DNA from: Mustelus asterias
Taxonomy: Eukaryota
Length of the DNA: 64,000 nucleotides
Reading direction: 5' to 3'
Assembly: GCF_964213995.1 (NCBI RefSeq)
Contig: NC_135828.1
Span: 30,628,001-30,692,000 of the forward strand
Shown here: in pieces, positions 60,581 through 64,000 of the stretch
Layout of the letters: every line of letters starts with the position of its first letter
Numbering within the stretch: position 1 is the stretch's first letter
The notes under the pieces: generated by a model
Database searches by the model: none
The model's input: only the letters and a program-made list of their open reading frames with translations
What the model was told of the DNA's origin: nothing
Position numbers and translations under genes: made by a program

Positions 60581-63500
60581 TAGAAACATAGAAACATAGA
60601 AAAACTACAGCACAACACAGGACCTTCAGCACACAAAGTTGTGCCGAACATGTCCCTACCTTAGCGATTACTAGGCTTACCTATAACCCTCTATCTTACT
60701 AAGTTCCATGTACTTATCTAAAAGTCCCTTAAAAGACCCTATCGAATCCGCCTCCACCACCGTTGCTGGCAGCCCATTTCACGCACCTACCACCCTCTGA
60801 GTGAAAAACTTACCCCTGACATCTCCTCTGTACCTACTCCCCAGCACCTTAAACCTGGGTCCTCTTGTGGCAACCATTTCAGCCCTAGGAAAAACCCTCT
60901 GATTGTCCACTCGATAAATACCTCTCAACATCTTATACACTTCTATCAGGTCACCCCTCATCCTTCGCCTCTCCAAGGAAAAAAGGCCGAGCTCACTCAA
61001 CCTATCCTCATAAGGCATGCTCTTCAACCCAGGCAACATCCTTGTAAATGTCCTCTGCACCCTTTCGATGGCTTCCACATCCTTCCAGTAATGAGGCGAC
61101 CAGAACTGAGCACAGTACTCCAAGTGAGGTCTGACCAGGGTCCTATATAGCTGCAACATTATCTCACGACTCCTAAACTCAATTCCTCGATTGATGAAGG
61201 CCAGTATACCATATGCCTTCTTAACCACAGCCTCAACCTGCACAGCTGCTTTGAGCGTCCTATGAAATCGGACCCCAAGATCCTTCTGATCGTCCACACT
61301 GCCAAGAGTCCTACCATCAATATTATATTCCGCCATCCTATTTGACCTGGCAAAATGAGCCACCTCACACTTATCTGGGTTTAACTCCATCTGCCACTTC
61401 TCCACCCAGGTTTTCATCCTATCAATGTCTCGCTGCAACTTCTGACATCCCTCCACACTGTCCACAACACTTCCAACCTTTGTGTCATCAGTAAACTTAC
61501 CAACCCATCCCTCCACTTCCCCATCCAGGTTATTTATAAAAATCACAAAGAGTAAGGGTCCCAGAACAGATCCCTGGGGCACTCCACTGGTGACCGACCT
61601 CCATGCAGAATATGAACCATCTATAACCACTATTTGCCTTCTGTGGGCAAGCCAGTTCTGGATCCACAAAGCAATGTCCCCTTGGATCACATGCCCCCTC
61701 ACTTTCTCAATACGCCTTGCATGGGGCATCTTATCAAATGCCTTGCTGAAGTCCATATATACTGCATCTACTGCTCTTCTTTCATCAATGTGTTTCGTCA
61801 CATCCTCAAAAAATTCAATCAGGCTCGTAAGGCATGATCTGCCTTTGACAAAGACATGCTGACTATCCTGAATCATATTATACCTCTCCAAATGTGCATA
61901 CATCCGTCCTCTCAGGATCGTCTCCATCAACTTACCAAACACTGAGATTAGACTCACTGGTCAATAATTTCCAGGGCTATCTCTACTCCCTTTCTTGAAT
62001 AAAGGAACAACATCCGCAATCCTCCAATCCTCTGGAACCTCCCCCGCAGCATTGATGATGCAACGATCATCGCCAGAGGCTCAGCAATCTCCTCCCTCGC
62101 CTCCCACAGTAGCCTGGGGTACATCTCATCCAGTCCCGGTGACTTATCTAACTTGATGCTTTTCAAAAGCTCCAACGCATCCTCTTTCTTAATATCTACA
62201 TGCTCAAGCTTTTGAGTCCGCTGCAAGTCGGCACTGCAACCACCAAGATCTTTTTCCATAGTGAATGCTGAAGTAATGTATTTATTAAGTATCTCTGCTA
62301 TTTCTTCCGGTTCCATACAAACTTTCCCACCGTCACACTTGATAGGTCCTATTCTTTCAAGTCTTATCCTCTTGCTTTTCACATACTTGTAGAATGCCTT
62401 GGGGGTTTCCTTAATCCTGCCTGCCAAGGCCTTCTCATGACCCTTTTAGGCTCTCCAAATTTCCTTCTTAAGATCCTTCCTATTAGCTGTATACTCTTCT
62501 AGATCTCAAACATTACCGAGCTCCCTGAACCTTTTGTAAGCTTATCTTTTCTTCTTGACTAGATTCATTACAGTCTTTGTATACCACTGTTCCTGTAACT
62601 TACCATAACTTCCCTGTCTCATTGGAACGTTGCTATGCAGAACTCCAGACAAATATTCCCTGAAAATTTGCCACATTTCTTCCGTACATTCCACTGAAAA
62701 AACCTCTTTCCAATTTAAGCCTCCAATTTCCTGCCTGAGAGCCTCAGAATTCCCCATACTCCAATTAAACACTTTTCTAACTTGTCTGATCCTATCTCTC
62801 TCCAATGCTATTGTAAAGGAGATATAATTATAATCACTATCTCCAAAATGCTCTCCCACTGAGAGATCTGACACATGACCAGACTCATTTCTCAATACCA
62901 AATCAAGTGCAGCCTCTCCTCTTGTAGACTTATCTACATACTGTATCAAGAAACCCTCCTGAACAAACCTAAAAAATTCCTCCCCATCTACACCCCTTAC
63001 TCTAGGGAGATTCCAATCAATATTTGGGAAATTAAAATCTCCCATCACGACAATTCTGTTATTATTACACCTTTCCAGAATCTGTTTCCCTATCTGCTCC
63101 TCAACATCTCTGTTACTATTGAGCGGCCTATAGAAAACACCCAGTCAAGTTATTGACCCCTTCCTGTTCCTAACCTCCACCTACAGAGACTCCGTAGATA
63201 ATCCCTCCATGGTGTCCATCTTTTCTGCAGCCGTGACACTATCTCTGATCAACAGTGCCACTCCCCCAGCTCTTTTGCCTCCCTCCCTGTCCCTTCGGAA
63301 ACATCAGAAACCCAGCACTTGAAGAAACCAGTCCTGTCCCTGAGGCATCCAAGTCTTTGTAATGGCCACCACATCATATTTCCAAGAAGTGATCCACGCT
63401 CTAAGCTCATCCACTTTGTTCACAACACTCCTTGCGTTAAAATAGACACATCTCAAACTTTCGGTCTGAGCGCTCCCCTTCTCTATCACCTGCCTGTCCT

Positions 63501-63675
63501 CCCTCTCACCCTGTCGGCAAGCTTTCTCTATTTGTGAGTTAACCTCCTCTCTCCCAGTCAGTTCAATTTGATTCCCACTGCCTCAACCATACTAGTTTAA
63601 ACTCTCCCCAGTAGCCTTCGCAAACCTCCCTGCCAGAATATTGGTCCCCGTGGGATTCAAGTGCAACCCATCCTT
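60581..63675 (-). mobile_element. CR1 LINE with fragmented ORF2
   Basis: ORFs 63304-63489 (YFNARS), 62542-63048 (GDFN), 61954-62427 and 60779-61957 (RT); tail at 60581-60600. Confidence 0.92.
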
Positions 63676-64000
63676 TCATGTGGCTATCTAGATAAGTCTG
63701 AAACGTTCCCAGTGTGTCCGCCTCCACCACCTTGCCCGGCAGCGCATTCCAGGCCGCCACCACCCTCTGCGTAAAATACGTACTTCTGATATCCGTGTTA
63801 AACCTCCCCCCCTTCACCTTGAACCTATGACCCCTCGTGAACGTCACCACCGACCTGGAAAAAAGCTTCCCAGCGTTCACCCTATCTATGCCTTTCATAA
63901 TTTTATACACCTCTATTAGGTCACCTCTCATCCTCCGTCTTTCCACTGAGATCAACCCCAGTTTACCCAACCTCTACTCATAACTAAGCCCTTCCATACC
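63676..64000 (-). mobile_element. CR1 3' fragment (same subfamily as 10571-14719), runs off the window
   Basis: Closely matches 11145-11470 and 15732-16007. Confidence 0.88.

Noticed and set aside
1-64000. D, J or constant-region exons
   Set aside because: No FGXG motif with 12-RSS and donor site, no doubly flanked D, and no C1-set exon found by eye; they probably lie outside the window.

Overview
Eukaryotic, repeat-dominated DNA from a cartilaginous fish (shark-type HE1 SINEs, CR1/HER1-type LINEs, Penelope-like elements with hammerhead ribozymes). The host genes are four antigen-receptor V segments, all on the minus strand between 21.6 and 37.9 kb, most consistent with part of a TCR-beta V array. 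One looks intact (leader 22984-23032, V exon 21659-21958, 23-RSS). One is a TRBV30-like pseudogene. Two are pseudogenes of a different, more VH/V-delta-like family (one ends YCAAR). No D, J or C segment was recognised. The first ~9.4 kb is a decayed Gmr1-like Gypsy LTR element (two LTRs, tRNA-Pro PBS, PPT, SCAN-like gag, protease, RT start). Its RT frame is fused directly to a full-length, intronless, poly(A)-less RPL19 copy lying just before the PPT, which suggests LTR-mediated mRNA capture by template switching. The ORF track misses this. The rest is nested TEs, including one CR1 with an intact 939-aa ORF2, one with an intact ORF1 and an 80-bp monomer array, and a solo LTR. All calls were made by eye with no database searches, and TE boundaries are approximate.
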